A stretch of DNA of 64,000 nt from Octopus sinensis (GCF_006345805.1 NC_042998.1:179180001-179244000), one strand, 5' to 3'. Positions 1-13,190 are shown, numbered from the stretch's first letter. Notes: generated by a model from the letters alone, not told the origin. A program made the numbers and translations.

Positions 1-716
1 TTTAATTCTATCCTTCTTTTTTATTTTATTATTTTGCGTTCAGTAAGCAATTTATTCGGTTAATATATTTTATAGTATTTGACTTGTTTCATAGATATTG
101 ATCTTAGCTTGTCCTTATCTTTGTACATTGTTCGAAGATGTTGTTTACGAGATGTACTTTCCCACTGACTAGTCTTTCTTAGGCTTGTTTTTGGTGTAAT
201 ATGTTCGTGATGTGATATTGATTGAGAAACAAAATATGTAGTTGTCTATGTTTGTTGTACTGTCTGAATGTCCTTTTTGAATAAGTTCTTTGTTATAAGT
301 ACTATTTTGTAGCTATAAGTTACCACTATTTGTTTACTCTGATGTTGATACTTGTACTAATAATCTGGTGAATTCCCAGGAAGCGTTTATATTCTTAACG
401 CTGTTGACACTGCCGGATCAAATAGTACGGAAACCATAGTGAAATCCGCTTGGCAACTGATATATTTGTTATGCTTGATCGTGAATGTCTTATGTCTTAC
501 AGTAGAAAGTATTTGTGGGTTCATATTTAGTGGGGATCACTTACATTGGTATTGTTTAGTTTTCACTCAGTTAAGTGAAGATAACGCTTAAATATTAGTG
601 TCTAGTTTGGGGAGGTTCTGTGGAATATATGGACACACACACACATACCTGTATAAGTATGTATGTATGTATGTATGTATGTATGTATGTATGTATGTAT
701 GTAGTATGTATGTATG

Positions 717-748
<32 letters not shown>

Positions 749-1217
749 TATATATATATATATATAATATAATTATAACTCAACTGGTGTGTCTGTGTGT
801 GTTATCTGTTGTTGTGTCTGTGTGTTTAACTTTCCGGCACATCTCCTCCTAGCCATCAATTGTAGAACCACCAAAAATGGGTCACTTAAAGTTTAGGCGA
901 ATGAAAACTGAACTGCGCTATTTCTGTTCCGAAATTCATCTCGCAAGTGCAAAAACCGATAATGTGTTTGTTTAGGCCTTATCCCATGCATTGAATAGTG
1001 AACTTTACTCAAGATATAAAAACGAATCGCCGTAAACATTGTAGAAATTCGGCAAAGAAATTAATTTTCGCGATGTAGCGTGGAATGTTTTTTCGTATTA
1101 ATCATTTGGACTTTGTGAACATATACCAATTGTTTTCATAACATTTTTAACGCTTTGAATTAAATGTGACCATTTTGCGTTGAGGCTGCAGTTTGAATAT
1201 ATATATAAATATACATA

Positions 1218-1614
1218 GGCGCAGGAGTGGCTTTGTGGTAAGTAGCTTGCTTACCAACCACATGGCTCCGAGTTCAGTCCCATTGCGTGGCACCTTGGGC
1301 AAGTGTCTTCTACGATAGCCTCAGGCCGACCAAAGCCTTGTGGGTGGATTTGGTAGACGAAAACTGAAAGAAGCCCGTCGTATTTATGTATATATATGTG
1401 TGTGTGCGTGTGTGTGTGTGTGTTTGTCAGCCCCCCCCCCCAACATCGTTTGAAAACCGATGCTGGTGTGTTTACGTCTCCGTAACTTAGCGGTTCGGCA
1501 AAAGAGACCGATAGAATAAGTACTGGACTTACAAAGAATAAGTCCCGGGGTCGAGTAGATCGATTAAAAAGGCGGTGCTCCAGCATGGCCGCAGTCAAAT
1601 GATTGAAACAAGTA

Positions 1615-1615
<1 letters not shown>
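1218..1615 (+). mobile_element. tRNA-derived bipartite SINE, family A (head + internal microsatellite + tail)
   Basis: Head GGCGCAGGAGTGGCT..TGGTAAG with A-box-like and B-box-like (AGTTCAGTCCC) motifs, CCTTGGGCAAGT core-like segment, internal (TA)/(TG) tract, tail ending GCAGTCAAATGAyTGAAACAAGTAA; many near-identical copies in the window. Confidence 0.9.
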
Positions 1616-1645
<30 letters not shown>

Positions 1646-1689
1646 TGTGTAATGGAATTTCTCATCAAAGACGACGTTCAGATTTTGCT

Positions 1690-1862
1690 GAATGACCTTC
1701 ACAGATGATTTGTTTACAATGATCAGATGCATGTGGTGTACATTATCTCACGCCCGCCATCAAACCAACGTTGCCTGTTAAAGTGCACTCGTGTGCCGCC
1801 CGGTCAGGGGATTGAACCCACACTCTAGTAATCGTCAGTGCAACACCCTAAGCACTTGATCA
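1690..1862 (-). mobile_element. Degenerate tRNA-derived SINE remnant
   Basis: Minus strand reads as a tRNA-like head with GGGTTCAATCCCC B-box-like motif. Confidence 0.5.
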
Positions 1863-2039
1863 TACATATACATATATGTGTGTGCATTTGGCAACGTGTG
1901 TTTTATGTGAAATACTTATCCGCACATAAATTCACTTCGACATACGTGGATCCTATAAAACGTTTCCGAAGTTTAGCATGTAATAAGTGCATACTACGCA
2001 TGTAGACATGCAAACATACCACCTAATAAATGTATACGC

Positions 2040-2185
2040 ACGCGCGCGGACATGCAAATATATGTGTGCATATAGAACAAGCATACATAAATACATGCTT
2101 TTATGCTTAAACACACATTCGTCCGCACACACACTCATTATATATATATAACATACATACACACACACACACACACAAACATACA

Positions 2186-2262
<77 letters not shown>

Positions 2263-2385
2263 GTATATATGTATATATAATATGTATATATGTATATATA
2301 CATATATATGTATATATATATATATATGCATATATATAATGCATGCATATGCATATGCATGTATATATAGTATATATATATTTAA

Positions 2386-2464
<79 letters not shown>

Positions 2465-2480
2465 GCATATATGCATAGAT
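2040..2480. repeat. Compound (CA)/(TA)/(GA) microsatellite
   Basis: Directly visible; explains the YI/IY-rich ORFs. Confidence 0.95.
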
Positions 2481-2830
2481 GCTTACACGCATGCATACAC
2501 GCGCTGTTGGTATAGTCTAAATTCCTATAAGAATACCTAGTTTATGGACTAGAAAGCATCTCTTTCTCCATTGATGAGAAATTCGAGAAAGAACAACGGG
2601 AATATAAAAAAAAAAAAAGGTACATCTAAATGCATGTATACGTTTACGTGTAAGCATCTGTTTATATAATTCGAGAACACTGCATTTTCTCATGTAATTT
2701 TAGTTAGACTGGAGACTGGGAATTCTATTACCTGAATGAATGCGAAGCCCGTATTATTTCCTGTTGCACTTCAGATACGTTTTCTAGAGGGAGGAAAGAA
2801 ATTGTATTGTAGTTCATATTTTTTCTTCTC

Positions 2831-3041
2831 CTTTACTTGTTTCAGTCATTGGACTGCAGCCATGCTGGTGCACTACCTTGAAGGGATTTAGTCAAGCGAA
2901 TCAACCCCAATACTTGCTTTAAGCCAAGTACTTATTCTAGCGGTGCCTTAGGGGTCAGACTGCTAAGTTACGGTGACCTAAAAAAACTAACACCGGTTGT
3001 CAAGCAACGCACATACACATACACATATACGACGGGCTTCT
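2831..3041 (-). mobile_element. SINE family A, divergent partial copy
   Basis: TTTACTTGTTTCAGTCATTGGACTGCAGCCATGCTGG tail through GACGGGCTTCT. Confidence 0.75.
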
Positions 3042-3076
3042 ATCAATCATTGTCAACGGTTATAGATGGCAAAGTT

Positions 3077-3311
3077 CAAGGCGGCGAGCTGGCAGAATTG
3101 TTAAGCACGCCGGGCGAAATGCGTAGCCGTATTTCGTCTGCCGTTACGTTCTGAGTTCAAATTCCGCCGAGGTCGACTTTGCCTTTCATCCTTTCGGGGT
3201 CGATAAATTAAGTACCAGTTACGCACTGGGGTCGATGTAATCGACTTGATCTATTTGTCTGTCCTTGTTTGTCCCCTGTGTGCTTAGCCCCTTGTGGGTA
3301 GTAAAGAAATA
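3077..3311 (+). mobile_element. tRNA-derived SINE, family B, full length with 16-bp TSD
   Basis: GGCGGCGAGCTGGCAGAA head, GAGTTCAAATTCC B-box, central GCCTTTCATCCTTTCGGGGTCGATAAATTAAGTACCAG, tail GTAAAGAAATA; direct repeat TATAGATGGCAAAGTT at 3061-3076 and 3312-3327. Confidence 0.92.
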
Positions 3312-4377
3312 TATAGATGGCAAAGTTGACATCGGCGAGATTTGAACTTATATATTAAATACTGTAAGCCTGACACCCTAACGACTCTGCCAATGCGCTG
3401 CTCTGAAAGCGTTAAAGAAATGGCAAACACATAAATTGCAAATAACCATTTAAAATTCAATTTGTTAAGTGTTTCGAGATAAACTTTCCTCAGCAGATAA
3501 GAATCAACAAATCTCAAACAAAAACAAAATGTAGTAGCAAAAACGATGCAAATTTAAAATTTAAATGTATATTCAACGTATATTGAAAACAAAAGTACCA
3601 TTGATTAATTTGTAAAGTACTTCATAATATAATTGCTAAATATAAAACGTTTTATCTAATGAATAAATATGAAAAGCTGGACACCTCCATTCAGAATGGT
3701 GTACAAATTAACACTAAGAACTTAGGAATTGAGAATTAATGCAATAATTTGCTTAGTTTGAGAGTTTTACTTGGAGAATTTCTATGGATTGCTATGAGGA
3801 TGAAACCGAAAGACACTTCACTAAAATTGATGGATGGTGTAAATAAAATTGCAAATTCCGGTAGTCGAGTGAATACACCAAAATGTAAAGGGTATGTTGT
3901 ATTTCTGAAACGAAAACCTGACGTGGAAAAACTGGTAGAATATTTGGAGTCAGCACCCAAAATACACTTAAGAAAGGTTTCACTTCGAAGACACCAGATT
4001 TTTTGATTTTTTCATTATTTTTATTTATTTATTATTTATTTCACTTTTTTTTTTGCGTTGTGAAATCATTGACGTAAATTGTTTTGCTGTAAGTGTTAAA
4101 GCAATAATTTCGAAACCTGGGGTTTTCAGACAAAGAAAGAGATAATTTAATGGTTTCTGCAAATTCAATATGCAAGCGAAACAGGGAAAGCATGTAAGAC
4201 ATTAGTAAAACTTCCAATGTAACATCACACTGTTGTTGTCTAAATTCCAAAGCTGGTATTGCGTGTATAAATTTACAATACACGTCTTCCTTAATTTGAA
4301 GAATTCAAAAAATTTTAAGAAATAAAGAAAAAGTTTACGTACATGCATTGAAAATGTTTATATAATATTCTCTATCT

Positions 4378-4710
4378 GTTACTTGTTTCAGTCATCGGTC
4401 TGCGGCCATGCTGGGGTATCACTTTGAAGGGTTTAGTTGAACAAATCGACCCATGTAGTTTTTTGAGGCTGGTACCTATTTATCGGTCTCTTTTGTCGAA
4501 CTGTTATGTTACGAGGGCGCAAACAAATCAACACCAGTTACCAAGCAGTAGCGGGGGAAAATGCACACATAAAGTCACACACACACACACACACCACACA
4601 CACACAACACACACACACAAAACACACACACACCATACACACACACACACACTCACTCACTCACACACACGCACACACACGCACACACACGCACATACAC
4701 ACACATACTA
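4378..4710 (-). mobile_element. SINE family A tail plus (CA)n tract
   Basis: Divergent match to the family A tail followed by CA/CACA repeats. Confidence 0.7.
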
Positions 4711-5004
4711 GTACGAACACGCTATCTTTAAGATAGTATGTTTTAGATGGATTTCGCACCATCGTATCACATATTCGTATAGTGTATATAAGTATACATA
4801 TGACATGCAACACGAAGAAAGCTCGAACGTCAACTGTGGAAAACACTATAGAGCTATAAGATGAAATATAATTATGTTAAAAGAACGTGCATTTATGAAG
4901 CAGTGAAAAATTACTCCCTAAATAAAAAGCAGACTCCTGTAAGAGAAAATATTGCAAAGCAGTCGTTAAGAAAACGTGCATTTAATATTAAAAACCAATG
5001 AAAA

Positions 5005-5212
5005 GCAGCGATCTGGCAGAATCGTTAGCACGCCGGAAAAATGCTTAGTGGCATTTCGTCCGACCTTAAGCCTGAATTCAAATTCTACGGAGGTCAACTT
5101 TGCCTTTCATCCTTTCGGAGTCGATAAAATAAGTACCAGTTGTAAACTGGAGTCGATATAATCGACTTACCTACTTCCCCGAAATTTCTGGCCTTGTGCT
5201 AAAATTTGAAAC
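5005..5212 (+). mobile_element. SINE family B-related short variant
   Basis: CTGGCAGAATCGTTAGC head, TTCAAATTC B-box, GTCGATAAAATAAGTACCAG centre. Confidence 0.8.
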
Positions 5213-5219
5213 CAATATA

Positions 5220-5299
5220 GTCTTCTACTATAGCCTCGGGCCGACCAAAGCCTTGTGTGGGTGGATTTGGTAGTCGGAAACTGAAAGTAGCCCGTCGTA

Positions 5300-5363
<64 letters not shown>

Positions 5364-5396
5364 CTTATATATATATATAGATATATATAAGATATA

Positions 5397-5442
<46 letters not shown>

Positions 5443-5455
5443 TATATATATGATA

Positions 5456-5493
<38 letters not shown>

Positions 5494-5506
5494 CTATATC
5501 TATATC

Positions 5507-5545
<39 letters not shown>

Positions 5546-5632
5546 CTATCTATATCTATATATATATATACATACATACATACATACATACATACATACC
5601 ATACATTATATATAATATGATACATATATATA

Positions 5633-5668
<36 letters not shown>

Positions 5669-5936
5669 TGTATGTATGTATTGTATGTATGTATGTATGT
5701 ATGTGTGTGTATATGTTTGTGTGTCTGTGTCTGTCTCCCCAACTTCGCTTGACAAACCGAGTGTGTGTTACATCCCCGTAACTTAGCGGTTCGGCAAAAG
5801 AGTCCGATAGAATAAGTACTAGGCTTACAAAGAATAAGTCCTGGGGTTGATTTGCTCGACTAAAGGTGGTGCTCCAGCATTGGTCACACTCACATGACTG
5901 AAACAAGTAAAAGAGAGTAAAAGAGTAAAAGAGTAA
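5220..5936 (+). mobile_element. SINE family A, 5'-truncated, with ~430-bp internal (TA)/(CATA)/(TATG) tract
   Basis: Head remnant 5220-5300, microsatellite, tail ending in (AGAGTAAA)n. Confidence 0.85.
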
Positions 5937-6339
5937 TACCGAAAAGGTTTCAACACCGAACGTTTCCAGCAACTGAAATAAGTTTAAACCAAAATATTAT
6001 TAGTATTAAAGAAGCAAGGAGAAAACAGGTACCATTAATGATAATAAATCTGTAAGAAAATAACAATGAAAAAACTTTTAATGGCTTATACCAATAGCGA
6101 GTGAAGTTGAAGAAATATTTGAACATGCAATGTTTGTCAAGTAGATACTCAAATGAGAAGTTACTTATGTTCACACATGCGCATAAACTAGTCTTGTCAA
6201 TTACACATAATTTGTTTCGTTATTGCTCACAAGGGGCCAACAAAAAGGGGACAAACAAGCACATGTGGGGACATAGAACAAATTAGAAAAAAAAAACGTA
6301 TGATATAAATGAATGATAATGAAAATGATAAATGAAAAT

Positions 6340-7140
6340 GAGCTACTTGCCCCACCTCCAAGCACTTACATCATTTTAATCTTTTGATCCTGAGTTTCTC
6401 AGAATGTCTATACCATATTCTTTAACCAGCTCTTCGAGCTGTATGTTGTCTGGTACTTCCTTTATGTCACCGTTTACCTTCCTACACTTATATCCACCCT
6501 TGTATTTATCTATCTCCTTTTTTCCGTCTCCCTGACACCAAAATGCATGCGTGGCATCCCTCAATGTTTCTTCTTCCCTCCACATTAACAAACCTTGCAT
6601 CCTTCCATTTTGTCGTTTTGTTCACCAGTTCCATGTCCACTCCTTTGTACATCATGCATGCATAACCATATTCAGTGGGAGCGGGGGTTTGTAAGTTCTT
6701 GTGTGTCTGTGTCTCTTTTTTCCATTTGTTTTGCATCGGAGGGGAACGGGTGGGTAGCAGCGGAGGAAGGTGGGGTTGAGAAGGTATGGATGGGGTGGGT
6801 GCGAGTTGGGGTTTCCATTCATCCTGACTTTCTTTATTTCTCTTCCTTTGTTTTCTTCCTTCTGCCACCTTCCACTTCTTCATTTATCTTTATTTCCTCT
6901 TCTGCCTTCTCCGGTTCCTTCCCGGCTTCCTCCTGGCTTCCCTTAGTCTGTGAAGGGCAGTCTGCTCTAATGAGGCCCTTTTGGCCACATTTCAAGCAAA
7001 GAGGGATTCTGCCCTCCACCCAGACTCTTAACACTCTATGGTCACCGCTTCTGCCATTTTTTCTAAATTCTCTGTTGCACTTTGTACGATTACATCTAAT
7101 ATTTGGCCCTTCCAGTTTGTAGCCCCTGTCATCTCATTTT
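6340..7140 (-). mobile_element. L1/Tx1-type LINE ORF1 (gag-like zinc knuckle) remnant
   Basis: Minus-strand translation QILDVIVQSATENLEKMAEAVTIE (frameshift) VLRVWVEGRIPLCLKCGQKGLIRADCP = CX2CX4(H>L)X4C followed by an E/K-rich region; stops and frameshifts present. Confidence 0.7.
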
Positions 7141-7230
7141 CACTTAATTCCAACTGAGAACAGTATAAAAAGGTTACAGTATATCATTGCGCATGCGTTA
7201 CCAAAAGTCAATAATAAACGTATTTATATA

Positions 7231-7646
7231 ATACTTAATTTTTTCCTTTACTTGTTTCAGACATTTGACTCAGGCCATGTTGGAGTACCATCTTGAATGG
7301 TTTTCGAGGACTTATTTTTTAAGCTCAGTACGTATTCTATCGACATCTTTTGCCGAACCGCTAAGTTACGGGGATGTAAACACACCAACAGCAGATGTCA
7401 AGCGGTGATGGGGGGAGACAAATACACACCCACACACACACACTGTCTCTCTCACACACACACTCTCTCACACACACACACACTGTCTCTCACACATACA
7501 CTTCAACTAAATATGAAATATTAACTGGATTTTCTTCAAGAGCTACATCGAAGAGGTTTGGCGTTGTTCTCTCACTATGAGATTACGAATGTTTATAGAA
7601 AACTGGCTATTTATTTCCATCAGCAAGGAGAACTAAACAACATATT
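7231..7646 (-). repeat. Segment duplicated in inverted orientation at 19528-19955 (SINE A tail + CA/CT tract + ~150 bp non-SINE sequence)
   Basis: For example CACATACACTTCAACTAAATATGAAA and GAGAACTAAACAACATATT have reverse-complement matches near 19530-19680. Confidence 0.85.
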
Positions 7647-7732
7647 CTTAACTATATAACATCAAAACTTCATATTTGAGCTTATATTGCATGTACCAGT
7701 ATCGAGCTACTTTTTAGCTTATCAATGATTTA

Positions 7733-8274
7733 CTCTCTCTTTTACTTGTGTTTCAGTCATGTGACTGTGGTCATGCTGGAGCACCGCCTTTAGTCGAGCA
7801 AATCAACCCTAGGACTTATTCTTTGTAAGCCTAGTACTTATTCTATCGGTTTCTTTTGCCGAACCGCTAAGTTATGGGGGGGGACGTAAACACACCAGCA
7901 TCGGTTGTCAAGCGATGGTGGGAGCACAAACACAGACACACAAACATATACACACATACATACATACATACATATATATATCACGTGTCCGTGATCACGT
8001 GACCGACCAGACCATCAGATGTTGTTACACCTCGCTGGTCACAATGCGTTCGCATTGTTTTAGCCTTCGAATGATGCCACCCCGCTGGCTAAGCGAGCAG
8101 GCCAACAGAAGAAAGAGTGGGAGAAAGAGTGGTGAAAGGGTACAGCAGGGATCACCACCCCCTGCCGGAGCGCCGTGGAGCTTTTAGGTGTTTTCGCTCA
8201 ATAAACACTCACAACGCCCGGTCTGGGAATCGAAACCGCGAGTCCGCTGCTCTAACCACTGGGCCATTGCGCCT

Positions 8275-8332
<58 letters not shown>

Positions 8333-9113
8333 TCCCCCTCTCTTACTCCTCGACTCTCTCGTCACTGACACGTGATCGGAGGGAAGCCATCTTTCCAACT
8401 GCTATCTTCACCAAGATAAGACTGCTTATCCTCTCTCTCTCATAATAAGCTGTCTCCTCAAACGTTCAAAATAATTTTTCTATCGTCTTGACTTAACAGC
8501 CCTCATCGTTTGTTTTTACTGGGTTCTCTTTGTTCTGCCTTTTATTGTTTTTACTTTTATTGTTTTTATTGTCTTGTTTTGTTCTTACTGTCCTATTCTT
8601 GTTGCCACTTTTACCTCTCCGCAAAGAATCCCATTGTCCTTAACTTCGAAACGCGGAGTGGACGAAACAGGGACGGCTGAAGAGGGGAGTGTTCCTCGTG
8701 TTATATGTCTTGTACTCTGTTTTTTCGTTGTTTGAAAAATAGTTCGTTTCCATGGTTTTGTTTTTATGTTTTCGTTTCTCATTGTGGTCTACATTTTTTT
8801 TTGATGCCCTGTACCCATATATGCATGTATATATACTTATATATGTTGGTATGTACATATATGTATGTATGCATATATTTATATATCATTTATATTATAT
8901 TATATTATATATATATATATCTATATATATAATATATACCTACATATATATGACGGGCTTCTTTCAGTTTCCGTCTACCAAATCCACTCACAAGGCTTTG
9001 GTCGGCCCGAGTTTATAGTAGAAGGTACTTGCCCAAGGTGCCACGCAGTGGGACTGAACCCGGGACCATGTGGTTCGTAAGCAAGCTACTTACCACACAG
9101 CCACTCCTACGCC
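7733..9113 (-). mobile_element. SINE family A split by nested insertions (tail 7733-7980, head 8952-9113)
   Basis: Tail and head in the same orientation, separated by ~970 bp that contain another SINE and an unclassified repeat. Confidence 0.7.
7981..8278 (-). mobile_element. tRNA-derived SINE, family C
   Basis: Minus head GTGTAGGCGCAATGGCCCAGTGGTTAGAGC..GGTTTCGATTCCC; 3' domain ..CTGGTCGGTCACGTGATCACG; related divergent copy at 58196-58455 (+). Confidence 0.85.
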
Positions 9114-9489
9114 AATTTTGTTCATGAAGTAAAAGCTTTAATGATTCAAATCCTATTTCCACGTTCAACAATAAATTAATTTTCAGTATGGTCTCGTGAT
9201 ATCGGGTGGCTGATCAGAGAGAAAGACTACCACAAAAATCCTATAATTGTCGGCTTATAATGTTATTAAGTCGGTTTGGAACTGATCTTTATGTATTTGT
9301 TTATCTATTTATTTTTTACTTTTACTTATATTATTCACCTTTTCAGGATTAGGGTATTCTGAACAACATTGTTTCATGCGTTCTTTTGTAAAGCCGATTT
9401 GAAGGAGATTTGGTTTATATTTCTAGCAGATACAAAGACTACACAGGAGGCTCACATTGTTTCCTGCAACTACCAGTACATATCACAGT

Positions 9490-9702
9490 CTCTTTTACTC
9501 TTTTACTTGTTTCAGTCATTTGACTGCGGCCATATTGGAGCACCGCCTTTAGTCAAGCAAATCGACCCCGGGACTTATTCTTTGTAAGCTGAGTACTTAT
9601 TCTATCGGACTATTTTGCCGAACCGCTAAGTTACGGGGACATAAACACACCAACATTGGTTGTCAAGCAATGCTAGGAGGACACAGACACACAAACATAC
9701 AT

Positions 9703-9720
<18 letters not shown>
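9490..9720 (-). mobile_element. SINE family A tail (probable head at 11622-11777)
   Basis: Canonical tail; foldback element starts right after the internal (TA)n. Confidence 0.8.
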
Positions 9721-9740
<20 letters not shown>

Positions 9741-9741
<1 letters not shown>

Positions 9742-11434
9742 GTATAGGAAAGAATGGAGCTGAGCGAAGATTTAACAAAATTCCTTTATTTTATTTTCGA
9801 CATATGTTTCGAAGTCTGCAAAATTTCTAATTCCGAATGAATAAGGAGTCCATTATGCAGCTTTCTCATCAGGAAAATCCAGGAACTTCTTTCGACAACA
9901 AAATGCACAACAAGTTTTTAGATGACTGCTCTCGAGGAGCCCACCGAAAATTTTACCCAAAAATTTTTCGAAAATTTTCACTCAAAATTTTCACCATAAA
10001 ATTTTTGGAAAAATTTTTGGAGAAAATTTTCGGTGAAACTTTTCCAAAAATTTTATGGTGAAAATTTTCAGTGAAAATTTTCGAAAAATTTTTGTGGAAA
10101 ATTTTCGGTGAAAAGTTTGGAAAAATTTTTGGCTAAAATATTCGGTGAAAATTTTCGAAAAATTTTTGTGGAAAATTTTCGGTGAAAAGTTTGGAAAAAT
10201 TTTTGGCTAAAATATTCGGTGAAAATTTTCGAAAAATTTTTGGGTAAAATTTTCGGTGAAAACTTTCGAAAAATTTTGGGATGAAATTTTCGAAAACTTT
10301 TTGGGGAAAAGTTTCGGTGAAAATTTTCGAAAAATTTTTGGGTAAAGTTTTCGATGAAAATTTTCGAAAACTTTTGGGAAGATTTTGGAAAAATTTTTGG
10401 CTAAAATTTTCGAAAAATTTTTGGGGAAAATTTTCGAAAAATTTTCGGGGAAAATTTTCGAAAAAGTATGGAAGGCCAGCGGTGCCGAAATCACAAAGTA
10501 TGGAAAGTCAGCGGTGCCAAAATCACAAAAAAAATTTTGGGGAAAGATTTCGGTGAAAATTTTCGAAAAATTTTTGAAAAACTTTTGGGGAGAATTTTCG
10601 GTGAAAACTTTCGAAAAGTTTTTGGGGAAAATTTTCGAAAAATTTTTGGGGAGAATTTTCGGTGAAAACTTTCGAAACATTTTTGGGGAAAATTTTTGGT
10701 GAAAATTTTCGAAAAATTTTTGGGGAAAATTTTCCGTGAAAATTTTCGGTAAAATTTTCGGTGTAAATATTCTAAAAATTTTTGTGGAAAATTTTCGGTG
10801 AAAAGTTTGGAAAAATTTTTGGGTGAAAATTTTTGGGTGAAAATTTTCAAAAAATTTTTGGGAAAATTTTCGAAATATTTTTATAGAAAATTTTCAAAAA
10901 ATTTTTGGGGAAAATTTTTTATGGAAAATTTTCTGTGAAAATTTTCAAAAAGTTTTTGGGGAAAATTTTCGAAAAATTTTTGGGGAAAATTTTCGGTGAA
11001 AATTTTCGAAAACTTTTTGGGTAAAATTTTCGAAAAATTTTTGTGGAAAATTTTCGGTGAAAATTCTTGGTAAAATTTTCGAAAACTTTTTGGGTAAAAT
11101 TTTTGAAAAATTTATGTGGAAAATTTTCGGTGAAAACATTTGAAAAATTTTTGTGGAAAATTTTCGGTGCCAAAATCACAAAGTATGGAAGGCCAACGGT
11201 GCCAAAATCACAAAGTATGGACGGCCAGCTATGGGCTCCTCGAGAGCAGTCATCTAAAAACTTGTTGTGCATTTTGTTGTCGAAAGAAGTTCCTGGATTT
11301 TCCTGATAAGAAAGCTGCATAATGGACTCCTTATTCATTCGGAATTAGGAATTTTGCAGACTTCGAAACATATGTCGATAATAAAATAAAGGAATTTTGT
11401 TAAATCTTCGCTCAGCTCCATTCTTTCCTATACT
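9741..11434. mobile_element. Foldback-type non-autonomous DNA element with 203-bp TIRs and internal A/T-tract array
   Basis: 9741-9943 is the reverse complement of 11232-11434 with 3 mismatches seen; interior built from GAAAATTTTC/TTTTCGAAAA units plus a 32-bp repeat; no credible ORF. Confidence 0.9.
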
Positions 11435-11621
11435 TATAATATTAAATTAAACTTCAAATTTCCGCACTAAGGCACGGAGTATATGCCCTATGGTCGTAAC
11501 TTCAACCGTGTTCTTTCTGTTGTCAGTTTGCTACTCAGGTATCGGTTATCTTTCGAATTAACCGTAATAAGATAATTCATTTATCTACTTAAATATATAT
11601 ATATATATATATACATATGTA

Positions 11622-11777
11622 CGACGGGCTTCTTTCGGTTTCCGTCTACCAAATCCACTCACAAGGATTAGGTCGGCTCGAGGCTATAGTAGAAGACACT
11701 TGCCCAAGGTGCCACGCAGTGTGACTGAACCATGTGGTTGGTAAGCAAGCTACTTACCACACAGCCACTCCTGCGCC
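11622..11777 (-). mobile_element. SINE family A head
   Basis: CGACGGGCTTCTTTC..CACAGCCACTCCTGCGCC. Confidence 0.88.
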
Positions 11778-12103
11778 TATAATTGTGTTACATATTTTTT
11801 TACAATGTAGGCAATGTGTCGAATCAGTATAAATCATAAATAAAAGAGATAAAAACACGTATGAAGGAAATATTTGACAGAATAGGCAGAGAGTTAAACG
11901 ATTCTTTCTAATATTTGGTTACTTTTGGATTTCAAACACCATTCAAATTAGGTTTGTCTTTTATTCTTCCAACGATAAAAACCAGTAAAATTACGAGGCT
12001 CAATACAATTGATTATATTCTTCAGGTCGGCATTCCCATTCTCTTAGGGTCAAGCCTTAAGTATAGCAACTAACATGTTAAATAGCTACGCACACGTTTA
12101 TTC

Positions 12104-12275
12104 TTATTTCTTTACTACCCACAAAGGGCTACACACAGAGGGACAAACAAGGGCAGACAAAGGAATTAAGTCGATTATATCGACCCTAGTGCGTAACTGG
12201 TACTTATTTAATCGACCCCGAAAGGATAAAAGGCAAAGTCGACCTCGGCAGAATTTGAACTCAGAACATAAAGAC
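12104..12275 (-). mobile_element. SINE family B, 5'-truncated
   Basis: Reverse complement of the family B centre and tail. Confidence 0.85.
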
Positions 12276-12789
12276 AGCCTAGGGTAAAGCTGGCACGACT
12301 GAAACACTAGAACATACACTTACGTACTCTCCCACCTCACCTCTCTCACACACTCTTTTCCTCACGTACACTTGGTATTACCCATACTGTAATGAAGGCT
12401 TCGTTTTTACGATGAGTATCAGGGGTTAAAATCTGTTGAATGGTAGTTGGAAGTCAATACCAAAATCTCTTGAGACACTCATTAAATTTATGGAGTTGTA
12501 GCTTGTTTCAGCGCCAATACATACTTGATCTGTTTCATATTTAGCCATCTTGGCAAAGATTCATCGTTTTCCTTGCGAATCGTTTTCCTTACCATTAGAT
12601 TTTCGTCTCGTTATACACCCTGCCAACACACACACATACACACCTACAATGAATATTTTTTCTATTTTCTTTTTTTAATATTCCAATATAAAAACTGAAA
12701 AAAGGTCGAACAGGAACTAAATACAGAATAATGTTTCATGCGGCAGTTTATAGTTTATAAGACCTCACCTCTTTAATTGCAATATATAT

Positions 12790-12931
12790 AGTCGTAGGAT
12801 TGCTTGTGTAGTAAGAGGCTTGCTTCCTAACCACATGGATCCGTGACAACTTCGGCAAGTGTTTTCAACTATACGGGCCGATCAAAGCCTTGTGAGTGGA
12901 TTTGGTAGACGGAAATTGAAAGAAGCCCGTC

Positions 12932-12990
<59 letters not shown>

Positions 12991-13190
12991 TATATTGTGT
13001 GTTTATGTCTGTGTTTGTCCCACCACCACCATCGCTTGGCAGACGATGTTGGTGTGTTATGTCCCATAAGAAACCGATAGAATAGGCTTACAAAGAATCA
13101 GTTCTGAGGTTGATTTGTTCAACTAAAACCCCTTAAGGTGATGCTCCAACATGGCCACAATCAGATGACTGAAACAATTAAAGGAATAAA
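12790..13190 (+). mobile_element. SINE family A, divergent copy
   Basis: Head, (TA)n and tail all recognisable. Confidence 0.75.

Noticed and set aside
1-560. AT-rich stretch that might be a decayed TE ORF on the minus strand
   Set aside because: Multiple stops in all frames and no recognisable motif.
3736-4006. Overlapping 74-85-aa ORFs in unique sequence
   Set aside because: No recognisable domain and no convincing paired splice sites; length compatible with chance.
8640-8720. CTGAAGA followed by GGGG..CCTC hairpin, hammerhead-like
   Set aside because: GAAA is replaced by GTGT and stems I/III are not convincing; at most a decayed motif.
10463-11230. 32-bp repeats that superficially resemble CRISPR direct repeats
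   Set aside because: Units are directly adjacent with no unique spacers, the context is eukaryotic and there are no cas genes.
10207-11338. Long KIF/ENF-rich ORFs inside the foldback element
   Set aside because: Artefacts of the GAAAATTTTC array; no transposase motifs.
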